Shown piece after piece: positions 9,008 through 17,603 of a stretch of 64,000 bases of DNA. Below the pieces are notes generated by a model. That model was not told the origin of the DNA. It made no database searches and was given only the letters and a program-made list of their open reading frames with translations. The stretch spans positions 24,726 to 88,725 of the forward strand of contig JAWCRZ010000002.1 in the NCBI GenBank assembly GCA_038868995.1. Direction: 5' to 3'. How positions within the stretch are numbered: the stretch's first letter is position 1; each line of letters begins with the position of its first letter. The position numbers were made by a program, and so were the translations under genes. The stretch comes from Candidatus Woesearchaeota archaeon. GTDB taxonomy: Archaea; Nanobdellota; Nanobdellia; Woesearchaeales; ARS49.

Positions 9008-9550
9008 TTATTTCCAGCATTGGTAGATGAATGCTGGAGGCATGTTTTCCAGTACAAACTTGTAGGTTGTTTTTTTGAAATGTTTTTTGAGCTGTTTTTC
9101 AAAAATCCTTGAATACTGTATTTGCACAAATGGCCCGTTGAGTTTTTTCTTTGAATTGTTTATGATGCTGCGGACTGTTCGTTCAGGAAGCGTTGTGAGT
9201 GGAAGCGTGCTTATTATGCAATCTGCTTTTTTTATTCCGTATCTGTTAAGAATTTTGTCCGTATGCATGGCATCTCCGTGGATTGCCATCAGCCGGGGGT
9301 CATTGATTTTTTTCAGCTCTGCTGCCAGTGTTTTATTAATCTCTATTGCGTAAAGCTTTGCGTCGGGGTGCATTAATTTGAGTATTTGTCTGGTGACGTT
9401 TCCATGTGCTGCTCCCAACTCAACAATTGTTTTTGCTTTTTTTGCTCCTGCGAGTTCTGCCATTAGCAGGCCGGCTTGCCCGCTCGTTGGTATCATTGTT
9501 GACATTTGTACTGGGTGCTTTACAAACTCGAGTATGAATTTTGCGTTCAT
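9008..9550 (-). CDS. small class I SAM-dependent methyltransferase (COG3963 phospholipid N-methyltransferase-like), paralog A
   Basis: FVKHPVQ..TMIPTSGQAGLLMA N-terminal motif followed by VELGAAHGNVT (SAM motif I) and ...DAKLYAIEIN. Paralogous to 23534..24055. Confidence 0.65.
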   Translation of the reverse strand: MNAKFILEFVKHPVQMSTMIPTSGQAGLLMAELAGAKKAKTIVELGAAHGNVTRQILKLMHPDAKLYAIEINKTLAAELKKINDPRLMAIHGDAMHTDKILNRYGIKKADCIISTLPLTTLPERTVRSIINNSKKKLNGPFVQIQYSRIFEKQLKKHFKKTTYKFVLENMPPAFIYQCWK

Positions 9551-9574
9551 TTCATTTATTTATGTGTAGTGCAT

Positions 9575-10843
9575 TTAATATTTGTTGTTTAAACTTTGCA
9601 GTGGTTGGATTTCTCCAACCAGGAAATATGCTTTCGCCTCTGTTATTTTGACTTTTGCAATTGTTCCCATTGGCAAATCCTGTCTGATTACAATTGGCTT
9701 GTATGCGTAATTTCTTCCCTGTACGCCGTTTTTTACTTTTTCGTCAATAATTATTTCTCCTTGCCAGCCAAGCCATTTTTGGTTCGTATCAAAGGAGATT
9801 TTCTTGTGAAGTTCTGTCAATTTTCTGCTTCTTTCTTTCTTGACATTTCCGTGTATTTGCCCCTGCATTGTTGCTGCTGTTGTTCCAGGCCTTGGTGCAA
9901 AGCGTGCAATGTTTATGATGTCTGGCTTCATCTGTTCCACTAATTTCAGCGTGTCTTCAAACTGCTCTTCTGTCTCAGTCGGATAGCCGACAATGATGTC
10001 CGTGCTTATCGTTATTTCAGGAATTTCCTTTCTCACTGCATTTGCAATTTCAACAAAGGTTTCAACTGTATGCCCCCTTCTCATTGCTTTCAGGACTTCG
10101 TTGTTTCCTGCCTGCACAGGTATGTGCAGGAATTTGAATATTTTTGGGTGTTTCATTATTTCCACAAGTTCGTCGAGATATTTTGGCACGTGCCTCGGGT
10201 TTCCCATGCCAATCCTCACTTTGAAGTCGCCCGGCACTTCAACAATCATCTTCAAGAGCCGCGCCAGGTTTGTCCCTCTGTCAAATCCGTAGCAGCAGGT
10301 GTCCTGTCCTGTTATCCAAATCTCCTTGCAGCCGTCTGCAACACATTTTTCCACTTCCTTCACAATTACATCAGGTGGAAAGCTGAACAGGGGTCCTTTC
10401 ACAAGCCGTGTGCTGCAAAATGCACAAGCATCAAGGCATCCGGAGCTTATCGGCACAATTCCAACAACAGGATTGATTCTTACTCTTGGCAGCAGTAATT
10501 TTACCGGCTTTGCGTGCGTCAGCGCATCTGTTTTCGTGTTCACCAAATTGGAAATGTTGTTAATATGGTGCGTATTAATCAAAATTGCATTTGGGTCAAT
10601 CTGTTTTATCGGCTGGACAATGCTCGGAGTTATGCATCCAGTAATCGCTATTTTCTTGTTTGGATGATTTTTCTTCACCGCTTTAATCTCGTCAAGTGCG
10701 TTTTTGTCTCCTTTTACAGTGCAGATGTTTAAAACAACCATGTCTGCATCTTTTTCTTCAGAAAGTTCTGCAAACTGCCCCTTAATCTGCTCGCCCTCTG
10801 CCATGTTTGCAGAGCAGCCATATGACTTGACGTGGACTTTCAT
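9575..10843 (-). CDS. radical-SAM methylthiotransferase (MiaB/MtaB family; probable archaeal tRNA ms2t6A methylthiotransferase)
   Basis: N-terminal MTTase domain (KSYGCSANMAEGE), radical-SAM cluster SSGCLDACAFCS, C-terminal TRAM-like region. Confidence 0.85.
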   Translation of the reverse strand: MKVHVKSYGCSANMAEGEQIKGQFAELSEEKDADMVVLNICTVKGDKNALDEIKAVKKNHPNKKIAITGCITPSIVQPIKQIDPNAILINTHHINNISNLVNTKTDALTHAKPVKLLLPRVRINPVVGIVPISSGCLDACAFCSTRLVKGPLFSFPPDVIVKEVEKCVADGCKEIWITGQDTCCYGFDRGTNLARLLKMIVEVPGDFKVRIGMGNPRHVPKYLDELVEIMKHPKIFKFLHIPVQAGNNEVLKAMRRGHTVETFVEIANAVRKEIPEITISTDIIVGYPTETEEQFEDTLKLVEQMKPDIINIARFAPRPGTTAATMQGQIHGNVKKERSRKLTELHKKISFDTNQKWLGWQGEIIIDEKVKNGVQGRNYAYKPIVIRQDLPMGTIAKVKITEAKAYFLVGEIQPLQSLNNKY

Positions 10844-10888
10844 GCAAAGAAGTTTCTTATGTCTGCTTTAAAAATATTATCGAGAATT

Positions 10889-11016
10889 GGTGTTTTCAAC
10901 TTAATGGTGCTGGCCGCTCTGCCCAGGCCTTGCCGAAGTCATTTTTCCCTCTCATCTGCATGAGAAAAATGAGTCCAGAGGACCAGAGCAACCGGCACCA
11001 GAAACTTGAGTTAACC
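10889..11016 (-). repeat. MITE-like intergenic repeat, copy 3 (inverted orientation)
   Basis: ggtgttttcaacttaatggtgctggccgctctgcc ... accggcaccagaaacttgagttaacc. Internal hairpin variant tcatttttccctctcat/atgagaaaaatga. Confidence 0.75.
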
Positions 11017-11039
11017 CCATTTTTACGTGGCACACAGCA

Positions 11040-11564
11040 TCAGGCAAGCTCTGAAATTAATTTTGAGGCAAGCGGAGAAGGAATGCCGACAACGCTGGCA
11101 GAGGCGTAATTGCGCATCCTGCGCAAGCGCTGGACAAAATACAACAACTCCCTTGCTGTCAATCCGCCTGACTGCTGGTCAACAATGGAAAGATTAACGC
11201 AGATATGCAACTGCGGCCACTGGTTTGCAGCTTCCATTACTGCATCACAGATATTTGCAATTCCCTCCTGCAAAACAGAGCTTGTCTGGAAAATTTGAAT
11301 GTTTCTCGCTTTCACGAAATCACGCTCTTGACCTGACATTTGGTGGCCACCAAGCAAGATTATGTTGAAATGGCAGAGAGGGCGCAGAAGCTCACCAGTC
11401 GCATCAAAAAGGATGACGCCGGTTTTCCTGTTCGCGAGAAATGAGACGACATCATCTTTTGAGCCGAGCAGTAATTCAGCAGAATCTAATGGAGCCACTT
11501 CGATGTTCGGCATAATTCCCGACTCCTGCAACGGTATGTTAATATCAGGACCAAAATATTTCAT
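11040..11564 (-). CDS. hypothetical protein (~174 aa) downstream of argS
   Basis: ORF with its ATG 1 nt from the argS stop. Weak ureohydrolase-like fragments (LLGGHQMSG, DQQSGGLTARE), but the spacing does not fit the arginase fold, so no assignment. Confidence 0.4.
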   Translation of the reverse strand: MKYFGPDINIPLQESGIMPNIEVAPLDSAELLLGSKDDVVSFLANRKTGVILFDATGELLRPLCHFNIILLGGHQMSGQERDFVKARNIQIFQTSSVLQEGIANICDAVMEAANQWPQLHICVNLSIVDQQSGGLTARELLYFVQRLRRMRNYASASVVGIPSPLASKLISELA

Positions 11565-11565
11565 A

Positions 11566-13239
11566 TCACATCTCGCTTGGAGCTTCAATGCCAAGCAAAC
11601 GCAGACCATTCTCAAGAAGCTGGCGCGATGACTCAATCAAAGTCAGGCGGGCAAGCTGGACATCCTTGTCCTTTTCCTGCGCGCACGGGCACTTGTGATA
11701 AAACTCATTGAAAGCCCTTCCAAACTCTATCAAGTATTGAGCCAGAATATGGGGCTTGTACTGGGCAACAGAATCCTTTATCGCGCACGGAAACTTGGAC
11801 ATCAGCTTAATGACGCGCTGTTCTGACGGGTCCTGCAGCAGGGAAAAATCAGCGTCCTTTGAGGGCTTGCGCTTGACTTTGCGCAATATAGAGGCGGCGC
11901 GTGCGTGCGTGTACATCAAATAAGGACCAGTGTCACCCTCAAAAGAAAGAATACGCTTGATGTCAAACACAACGTCTTTCATCCTGTCATTAAGCAGGTC
12001 GCCGAAAAAAATCGCGCCAACAGCAACCTTTCTGGAAACCTCTTCCTTGTTTTTAAGTTCCGGATTCTTTTCCTCAATTGTTTTTCTTGCAAGCGCAATG
12101 GTTTCAGACAAAACATCCTCCATAAAGACAGTTTTGCCCTCTCGTGTTGACATCTTGCCACCTTCAGAAGTCAGGTACAGGCCATGTGGAACATGAACAA
12201 AATTCTGCTTATGTCCAAGAAGTCGCATTAGGTCAAACAGCTGCCTGAAATGCAATGACTGCTCATGGCCGACAACATACAGAATAGTGTCAAATTTCAG
12301 AACTTCAATTCTGTCAAGCAGGGTTGCCACATCTCGGCTGGCATAAGTAGTGCTTTCATTGCTCTTCTTCAACATCATAGGCATCTCATAACCCTTCAAG
12401 CGAACAATCAAGGCGCCCTTGTCAACCTCTGCAAGGCCTTTTTTCTTTATTAGCTCAATCGCCGCATCAACTTTTGGAGCATAATACGCCTCGCCGTTAT
12501 AGTCGTCAAATTCGACTCCGAGAATCTCATAAATTTTCCTGAACTCGTCCAGAGAATGATGCTTGAACTTGCTCCACAAGGAGAGCGCTTCCTGGTCTCC
12601 CTTTTCCAGCTTCGCAAACCACTCGCGCGCGTAATCAAGAATTTTCTCATTCTTCTCAGCGTGCTCGTTGAACTTGACATACAATTCAACCAAGTGCTTG
12701 ATGGGGCAGATGTCCATCTGCTTCTTGTCGCCCCACTGCAGATAAGCATAGATTAATTTTCCAAACTGAGTGCCCCAGTCGCCCAGATAATTCAGACGGA
12801 TGACTTTGTAGCCAACAAAAGAATGCAGACGGGCAAGCGACTCACCGACAACCGTGCTGCGAAGATGGCCAAAATGCATCGGCTTGCCAATGTTGGGAGA
12901 GGAGTATTCAACCGCGACAACTTTGCCAGCACCCTCATTCGAACTGCCGAACAGCAACTGCCGGTCAAGAATCTCTGAAATAACCGCCTTTGCAACTTTT
13001 GCAGAGTCGAGAAAAAAATTGACATACGGGCCCGTAGCAGTGATTTTTGACACAATGCCGGGCATTGGAATGGACTTTGCAAGAGAATTTGCAATTTCAG
13101 CAGGGCTTTTCTTCATTGATTTTGCCAATTGGAAACATGGAAAAGCATAATCTCCCAAAGACGGGTCTGGAGGGACTTCAAGAACTATGTCACCCTTCAC
13201 CTGCTTTTGCAGCGCCTTGATGATTTCCTTCTCAAACAT
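11566..13239 (-). CDS. argS: arginyl-tRNA synthetase
   Basis: Class I HIGH-type motif SSPNIGKPMHFGHLRS, KMSK-region equivalent GGKMSTREGK, DALRY-type anticodon-binding C-terminus. Start placed at MFEKEII, 14 codons inside the six-frame ORF. Confidence 0.9.
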   Translation of the reverse strand: MFEKEIIKALQKQVKGDIVLEVPPDPSLGDYAFPCFQLAKSMKKSPAEIANSLAKSIPMPGIVSKITATGPYVNFFLDSAKVAKAVISEILDRQLLFGSSNEGAGKVVAVEYSSPNIGKPMHFGHLRSTVVGESLARLHSFVGYKVIRLNYLGDWGTQFGKLIYAYLQWGDKKQMDICPIKHLVELYVKFNEHAEKNEKILDYAREWFAKLEKGDQEALSLWSKFKHHSLDEFRKIYEILGVEFDDYNGEAYYAPKVDAAIELIKKKGLAEVDKGALIVRLKGYEMPMMLKKSNESTTYASRDVATLLDRIEVLKFDTILYVVGHEQSLHFRQLFDLMRLLGHKQNFVHVPHGLYLTSEGGKMSTREGKTVFMEDVLSETIALARKTIEEKNPELKNKEEVSRKVAVGAIFFGDLLNDRMKDVVFDIKRILSFEGDTGPYLMYTHARAASILRKVKRKPSKDADFSLLQDPSEQRVIKLMSKFPCAIKDSVAQYKPHILAQYLIEFGRAFNEFYHKCPCAQEKDKDVQLARLTLIESSRQLLENGLRLLGIEAPSEM

Positions 13240-13448
13240 ACAAAGAATGGATAAACGGCAATTTATAAAAGTTCTGCACAAACGGTTCCATCAAATTAAA
13301 TGACAATGTTGCCGTTGCTCAGGTTCCAGGGACTGATTTTCCCCACGTAAGTTGAGAAGCCTAAGGCAAGCTTGGGCAAAGCGGCTTAGACACAAAACTT
13401 GACAGCACCTGCACAAATGATTTATACTTCAATATATTTTCTGCCGGT

Positions 13449-13766
13449 ATGAACAAAAAAGGCATTCTCTGGCCAAGCATTCTCGCGCTTGTTGGGTTTA
13501 TCTTGTTTGCAGTCATCCTCATCACTCTTTTTTTGGTGCCCCTGATAGTTGTCGGTGCAAACATAATAATCTTGTACTTTTTCTTCCTGCGCATATACAC
13601 AGAAATAACAAAGTACAAAAGAGGCGACATTTACGCATACAGCTTTATCGCAGCGGCACTCATTGTCGTCATTTTCAAGAATTTCCTGCCGCTTTGGTGG
13701 ATAACAACAGTAACAATACTGGCTTTCATAATCGCGCAAATATATATTATGATGAAAAAACGCTAA
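13449..13766 (+). CDS. small integral membrane protein (3 predicted TM helices)
   Basis: 105-aa ORF, strongly hydrophobic, no motif. Confidence 0.5.
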   Translation: MNKKGILWPSILALVGFILFAVILITLFLVPLIVVGANIIILYFFFLRIYTEITKYKRGDIYAYSFIAAALIVVIFKNFLPLWWITTVTILAFIIAQIYIMMKKR

Positions 13767-14098
13767 AACTGCCTTTCAATTTCTTTAAGCGCAGCATCAA
13801 CTCCAAAGAAAACGTTCGAATGCGTTGCCGAGGAAGTAAACGTGCTTCCCTGCGCGACCGCCTCAATCCTTATATCCGGATGGGCAAACGAAATTGACAA
13901 TTTTTCCAGCCCTTTATCTGAGAATTTGCGGGCATAGGTCCCGATTATCTTCTTCAGAACAATCATTGTGGCGTGGTCTATGCCTTCCACGCCATACAGC
14001 TCGATGTTGCCGCCGAGCCGCACTGCATCATCCATAATAAAGACATTAACCAGAATTAAGTTTTTAATTTTTTCCAAAAAGGGATGCCAACCAGTCAT
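13763..14098 (-). CDS. hypothetical protein, 111 aa
   Basis: ORF with plausible coding statistics. Family not recognised. Confidence 0.45.
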   Translation of the reverse strand: MTGWHPFLEKIKNLILVNVFIMDDAVRLGGNIELYGVEGIDHATMIVLKKIIGTYARKFSDKGLEKLSISFAHPDIRIEAVAQGSTFTSSATHSNVFFGVDAALKEIERQF

Positions 14099-14166
14099 TA
14101 CTCTTTAGTAACTTCAACAGCGAAAATCTTTTAAACAGATGACCTATTGCGCATATGGGGGAGATA

Positions 14167-14295
14167 ATGATTAAATGCCAACGATGCGGCACAGCCGTGC
14201 GATCATACAGCCCAATGCGCAAATGGTGCGTTGACTGCAGGCGCGTCATCTCCCTTGAGCAGGCAAAAGAAAGAAAGCTTGCGGCCAAGAATTAA
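14167..14295 (+). CDS. small zinc-ribbon protein (42 aa, CxxC...CxxC)
   Basis: MIKCQRCGTAVRSYSPMRKWCVDCRRVISLEQAKERKLAAKN. Absent from the ORF track because it is shorter than 60 aa. Confidence 0.35.
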   Translation: MIKCQRCGTAVRSYSPMRKWCVDCRRVISLEQAKERKLAAKN

Positions 14296-14410
14296 GAAAA
14301 AATTGCTTCTTGTTCAAATTCGAAAAGCTTCAATTCGCTGACTTTTTTCGGCAACCGAAGCAAAACTCTTCTCTCATCCTCACAATGCCACAAAACAAGG
14401 CAATTCTCGA

Positions 14411-14450
14411 GGTTAAGTCAAGTTTCTGGTGCTGGTTGCTTTGGTGGCTC
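14411..14450 (+). repeat. MITE-like repeat, truncated copy 4 (5' ~40 nt only)
   Basis: ggttaagtcaagtttctggtgctggttgctttggtgg, then diverges. Confidence 0.6.
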
Positions 14451-14645
14451 TGATGCAATTCTTGTGTGGCAAGCCGTATCTGCCTGGCTTTATTCTTACT
14501 GCCTTGAACGCTCTTGCTGCGTTTGTTGGCAGGGCTTTGTCTGGCTGATTTACAGCAACCTGTCGCCAAATTCGTATTTTGCGGAGGTATCGAAATGCCC
14601 TTTCATTTCGAAACTTTTTTAAATCCCCTTCACGTCGGTAGCGCT

Positions 14646-14837
14646 ATGGGTAGAATAAAGACGCAGTTAATCAAACGTCTCACGTTTGAGATTATGAAGC
14701 AGCGTGAAAAACTCTCGCCTCAGTTTGAGGAGAACAAGAAGGTTGTAGCAGAGCTTCTGGGCGGCGCGAGCAAAAAAATCAGGAATAGTGTTGCGGGCTA
14801 CGTGACCCGGTTGATGAAGATAAAGGAAGAATACTAA
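14646..14837 (+). CDS. rps17e: 30S ribosomal protein S17e
   Basis: MGRIKTQLIKRLTFEIMKQ...FEENKKVVAELL...NSVAGYVTRLMK matches the archaeal S17e consensus (MG.IR...IKR.A..L...FE.NKK.V......RN.IAGYVTR). Start moved to the internal ATG. Confidence 0.85.
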   Translation: MGRIKTQLIKRLTFEIMKQREKLSPQFEENKKVVAELLGGASKKIRNSVAGYVTRLMKIKEEY

Positions 14838-14859
14838 GTGACTGCCTTGGGGGTGACTT

Positions 14860-15141
14860 ATGGCAGACGACAACAGTATTTTCATCGGGAACAAGCCGTT
14901 TATGAATTACGTTACAGGCGTTGTCATGCAGTTTACAACACAGCAGGCCTCTGAAGTTATTATAAAAGCGCGTGGGAAATTCATCTCAAGGGCTGTTGAC
15001 GTTGCAGAGGTTGCTTCAAAGCGTTTTCTTGACAATGGCGTTTCAGTGCGGGACATCCGCATAAATTCTGAGGAGTTTACTAACAAGGAAGGCAGGAATG
15101 TGAGGGTTTCCACTATTGAGATTTCCCTTAAGAAATTGTAA
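14860..15141 (+). CDS. albA: DNA/RNA-binding protein Alba
   Basis: IFIGNKPFMNYVTGVVMQF...EVIIKARGKFISRAVDVAEV...RNVRVSTIEISLKK is the classical Alba signature. Confidence 0.9.
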   Translation: MADDNSIFIGNKPFMNYVTGVVMQFTTQQASEVIIKARGKFISRAVDVAEVASKRFLDNGVSVRDIRINSEEFTNKEGRNVRVSTIEISLKKL

Positions 15142-15279
15142 GGTTAAGTCAAGTTTCTAATGCTAACTTGCCGCCTTGGTCCTCTGGACTCATTTTCCCT
15201 CCTCGCAGACTGGAAGAGAGAAAAAATGACCTCGGCAAGGCCTGGGCAGAGTGGCCAGCATTATTAAGTTGACAGCACC
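15142..15279 (+). repeat. MITE-like intergenic repeat, copy 5 (reference orientation), full length
   Basis: ggttaagtcaagtttctaatgc ... ggccagcattattaagttgacagcacc. Hairpin variant ctcattttccctcctcgca/ggaagagagaaaaaatgac. Confidence 0.8.
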
Positions 15280-15350
15280 AAAACATAGCAACTTTTTTAA
15301 ATGAAAAATTGTTCCTATAATCTATGCGGTTATAAAAGGGCTGATTATTA

Positions 15351-17552
15351 GTGGCAAAAGAGGGAGCAAAGAAGTTAGTGTTTGCTGGCTTGATTCTTGT
15401 TATAGCTCTTTCTGTGGTTTTTGTGTGGCAGAATGATGCGCCGAAGTATGTTGTTCTGACAGGTCTTCAGGTGTATGAGCCGGCTGTCTTGGGAATTACG
15501 AATGTTTCTCCAGGTTTTGTACATCAGGCAGCCACGGTTCAGTTGAATGTTACCGGTACTGGTTTTAATTCGAGCGCTGTTTTGTTTTTTTCAAATCCTG
15601 ATATTTCTGTTCTTTCTCTTGTCGTTGTTAATTCCACTCTTGTTGAAGTTAATGTTTCTGTTGCGATTAATGTCTCTCCTGGATTTTATGATGTAACAAT
15701 TAATCAGATAACTGATGAATCAACTTTGCCTGCTGCATTGGAAGTTCTTGAGGGGCCTTTTGATGTTTCAACGCTGACTAATGTAACTCCTGATGATGGT
15801 TATATTAATACAAGTGAGACGTTGAATCTTACGTATAATATTACGACTGCTTCGGGTGTTGATAAGTCAAGTGTGAACGTGATAGGTGGTTGGATTAATA
15901 TTACTAATTTGAACACGTCCAACTGGACTGTTCTGAATATGACGAGTGCTATCGACCCTGAGGGCACGTTTACTGTTCAGTTTGAAGAGCACACGTTCAT
16001 AGAAGAGGGTTATTATTTGGGCGAGATGTATCTTGACTTGGAAGTTGATGGTGAGTATGTCGAGCGGGAGTATTATGTGTATTTTGGTGTTGGTGATATT
16101 ATTATTTTTAGTTTCTGTGGTGATTTCATTATTGAGCCGTTTTTTGGCGAGGAGTGTGACCCGGCCGGCGCTGCATGTGGCATTTGTACGGATAATGGCC
16201 AGCCGTGTGTTCCAGGTGGTGATACTGGTCTTTGTGCCGACCCGTTTGATCCTGATGTTTGCGTGCCTACTGGTGATGTGTGCGACCCGGTTTGTAAGTG
16301 CCAGCCGTTGTGCACTGAGCCGGAGTTTGTTTCATTTGACTGTACTGAGAATGCGCAGTTTGAATGCCCGTTGTCTGTTCCTCCTTTAACGCTTTGTTCG
16401 TTTGGAAATGCTGTTCTGTGTTGCGGTGGAATTGATGCTTTTAGCAACCCGTTCACTCCAAGCTATAATTTTGGCCCGTGCTCTCCGTTTGATGTATTTT
16501 CTGGTGGTTGTGAGACGGCAAGTTTGAACGTTGAGGGTTGTGATGAAACTTGTGTGAAAGTAACTGTGTGTGGTGATGATATTGTTGAGGGTGCCGAGCA
16601 GTGTGACCCTCCTGGTTCTGATTGCACGGCTCCATTTAGTGGCACGTGTGAAATTGATTGTCAGTGCCCTGGAGGCGTAATTGCTGATTCCGTGGGCATT
16701 TCAGCCGGGCAGCCGGAGCCGGAAATAGACCCGAACCTTGTTGTTGTTCTTCCGATTGGAAAGAAGTGTTGTACTGCTTTGCCGACTCCCAGTCCGACGC
16801 CTCCTCCTTTAGTTGGAGGCGGTGGTGGTGGCGGTGGTGGCAGGCCGTGTTATTTTGAAGTTATTGATATTTCTTCCGATGGCAAATCCACCACTATTCA
16901 TTTTGCCTCAAAGCCTAATTGTCCTTTGACAGTCTCGCTTGGCGGGCGTACGTTCAACGTAATAAAGCAGGATATTACGGTTACTGTTCCTTTCTATCCT
17001 GGTCCTAATGTTCCTGTTTTCGTTAATGGAAGGAAAATCGGAGAAACGCCCGAGGTTGTTCCTAAAGTTGAGATTCCCGCGCCTGTTCCAATGCCTGCTG
17101 CTCCTCCGTTCGTGACGCCTCCGAAGAAGGCGTGTCCGGAAGCTGCTTGTGTGCCGTTGCCTTATGGAATGGGGGTCCGTGATGATGTGTTGAGCGTAGC
17201 ATTTGGTGTTGATGTTGTTCCTTGTTCGCAGATTGATGTGACTGTTCTTGATTTGCTGGCATTGGTTGGCGATGCATCTGACAAGGCGCGATACGAACTG
17301 GTTAAAAGGTGCTGTCCGTGCCCGGTGATTGAGTATCCTGCTGCGCCGTGTCCGGCTTCGCGGTGTGAAAAAACTCTGAGCGGTGAACTTGGAGTTCGTG
17401 ATAGCTTGCTTAGTGCCCTGCATGGTGTGGCTGTTGTGCCGTGTTCTGTTATCGACATTTATGCTCTTGATTTGCTGGCATTGACTGGTGACGCTTCTGA
17501 CAAGGCTCGTTATCAGGCTGTAAATGCTTGCTGTCCGAAGCCCTGTCCGTAG
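15351..17552 (+). CDS. secreted/surface cysteine-rich glycoprotein (733 aa): N-terminal TM/signal, IPT/TIG-like domain, extremely N-glycosylation-sequon-dense region, Myxococcus-type Cys-rich repeat modules, Gly9 run, C-terminal tandem ~65-aa Cys repeats
   Basis: GTG start. Hydrophobic N-terminus. ITNVSPGF..VQLNVTGTGFNSS..VEVNVSV..NVSPGFYDVTI (IPT/TIG pattern). About 14 N-x-S/T sequons within ~150 aa. EECDPAGAACGICTDNGQPC and EQCDPPGSDCTAPFSGTCEIDC (TIGR02232-like). PTPSPTPPP linker plus GGGGGGGGG. Two C-terminal repeats ...VRDD/SLLSxxxGVxVVPCSxIDxxxLDLLALxGDASDKARY. Confidence 0.75.
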   Translation: MAKEGAKKLVFAGLILVIALSVVFVWQNDAPKYVVLTGLQVYEPAVLGITNVSPGFVHQAATVQLNVTGTGFNSSAVLFFSNPDISVLSLVVVNSTLVEVNVSVAINVSPGFYDVTINQITDESTLPAALEVLEGPFDVSTLTNVTPDDGYINTSETLNLTYNITTASGVDKSSVNVIGGWINITNLNTSNWTVLNMTSAIDPEGTFTVQFEEHTFIEEGYYLGEMYLDLEVDGEYVEREYYVYFGVGDIIIFSFCGDFIIEPFFGEECDPAGAACGICTDNGQPCVPGGDTGLCADPFDPDVCVPTGDVCDPVCKCQPLCTEPEFVSFDCTENAQFECPLSVPPLTLCSFGNAVLCCGGIDAFSNPFTPSYNFGPCSPFDVFSGGCETASLNVEGCDETCVKVTVCGDDIVEGAEQCDPPGSDCTAPFSGTCEIDCQCPGGVIADSVGISAGQPEPEIDPNLVVVLPIGKKCCTALPTPSPTPPPLVGGGGGGGGGRPCYFEVIDISSDGKSTTIHFASKPNCPLTVSLGGRTFNVIKQDITVTVPFYPGPNVPVFVNGRKIGETPEVVPKVEIPAPVPMPAAPPFVTPPKKACPEAACVPLPYGMGVRDDVLSVAFGVDVVPCSQIDVTVLDLLALVGDASDKARYELVKRCCPCPVIEYPAAPCPASRCEKTLSGELGVRDSLLSALHGVAVVPCSVIDIYALDLLALTGDASDKARYQAVNACCPKPCP

Positions 17553-17603
17553 AAAAGTTTAAATACTTCAACCCATTTTATAGCCACATAAAGGTGGTAA
17601 CAA

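Noticed and set aside
11040-11564. Calling the 174-aa protein downstream of argS an arginase/agmatinase
   Set aside because: There is only weak resemblance (GGHQMS versus GGDHS, DQQSGG versus DxDxxDP). The spacing between the motifs is roughly half that of the ureohydrolase fold. Left as hypothetical.
16908-17458. Minus-strand ORFs 16908..17423, 17062..17277 and 17162..17458 inside the surface-protein gene
   Set aside because: Arg/His/Ser/Thr-rich low-complexity translations opposite a gene with strong domain evidence. Spurious.
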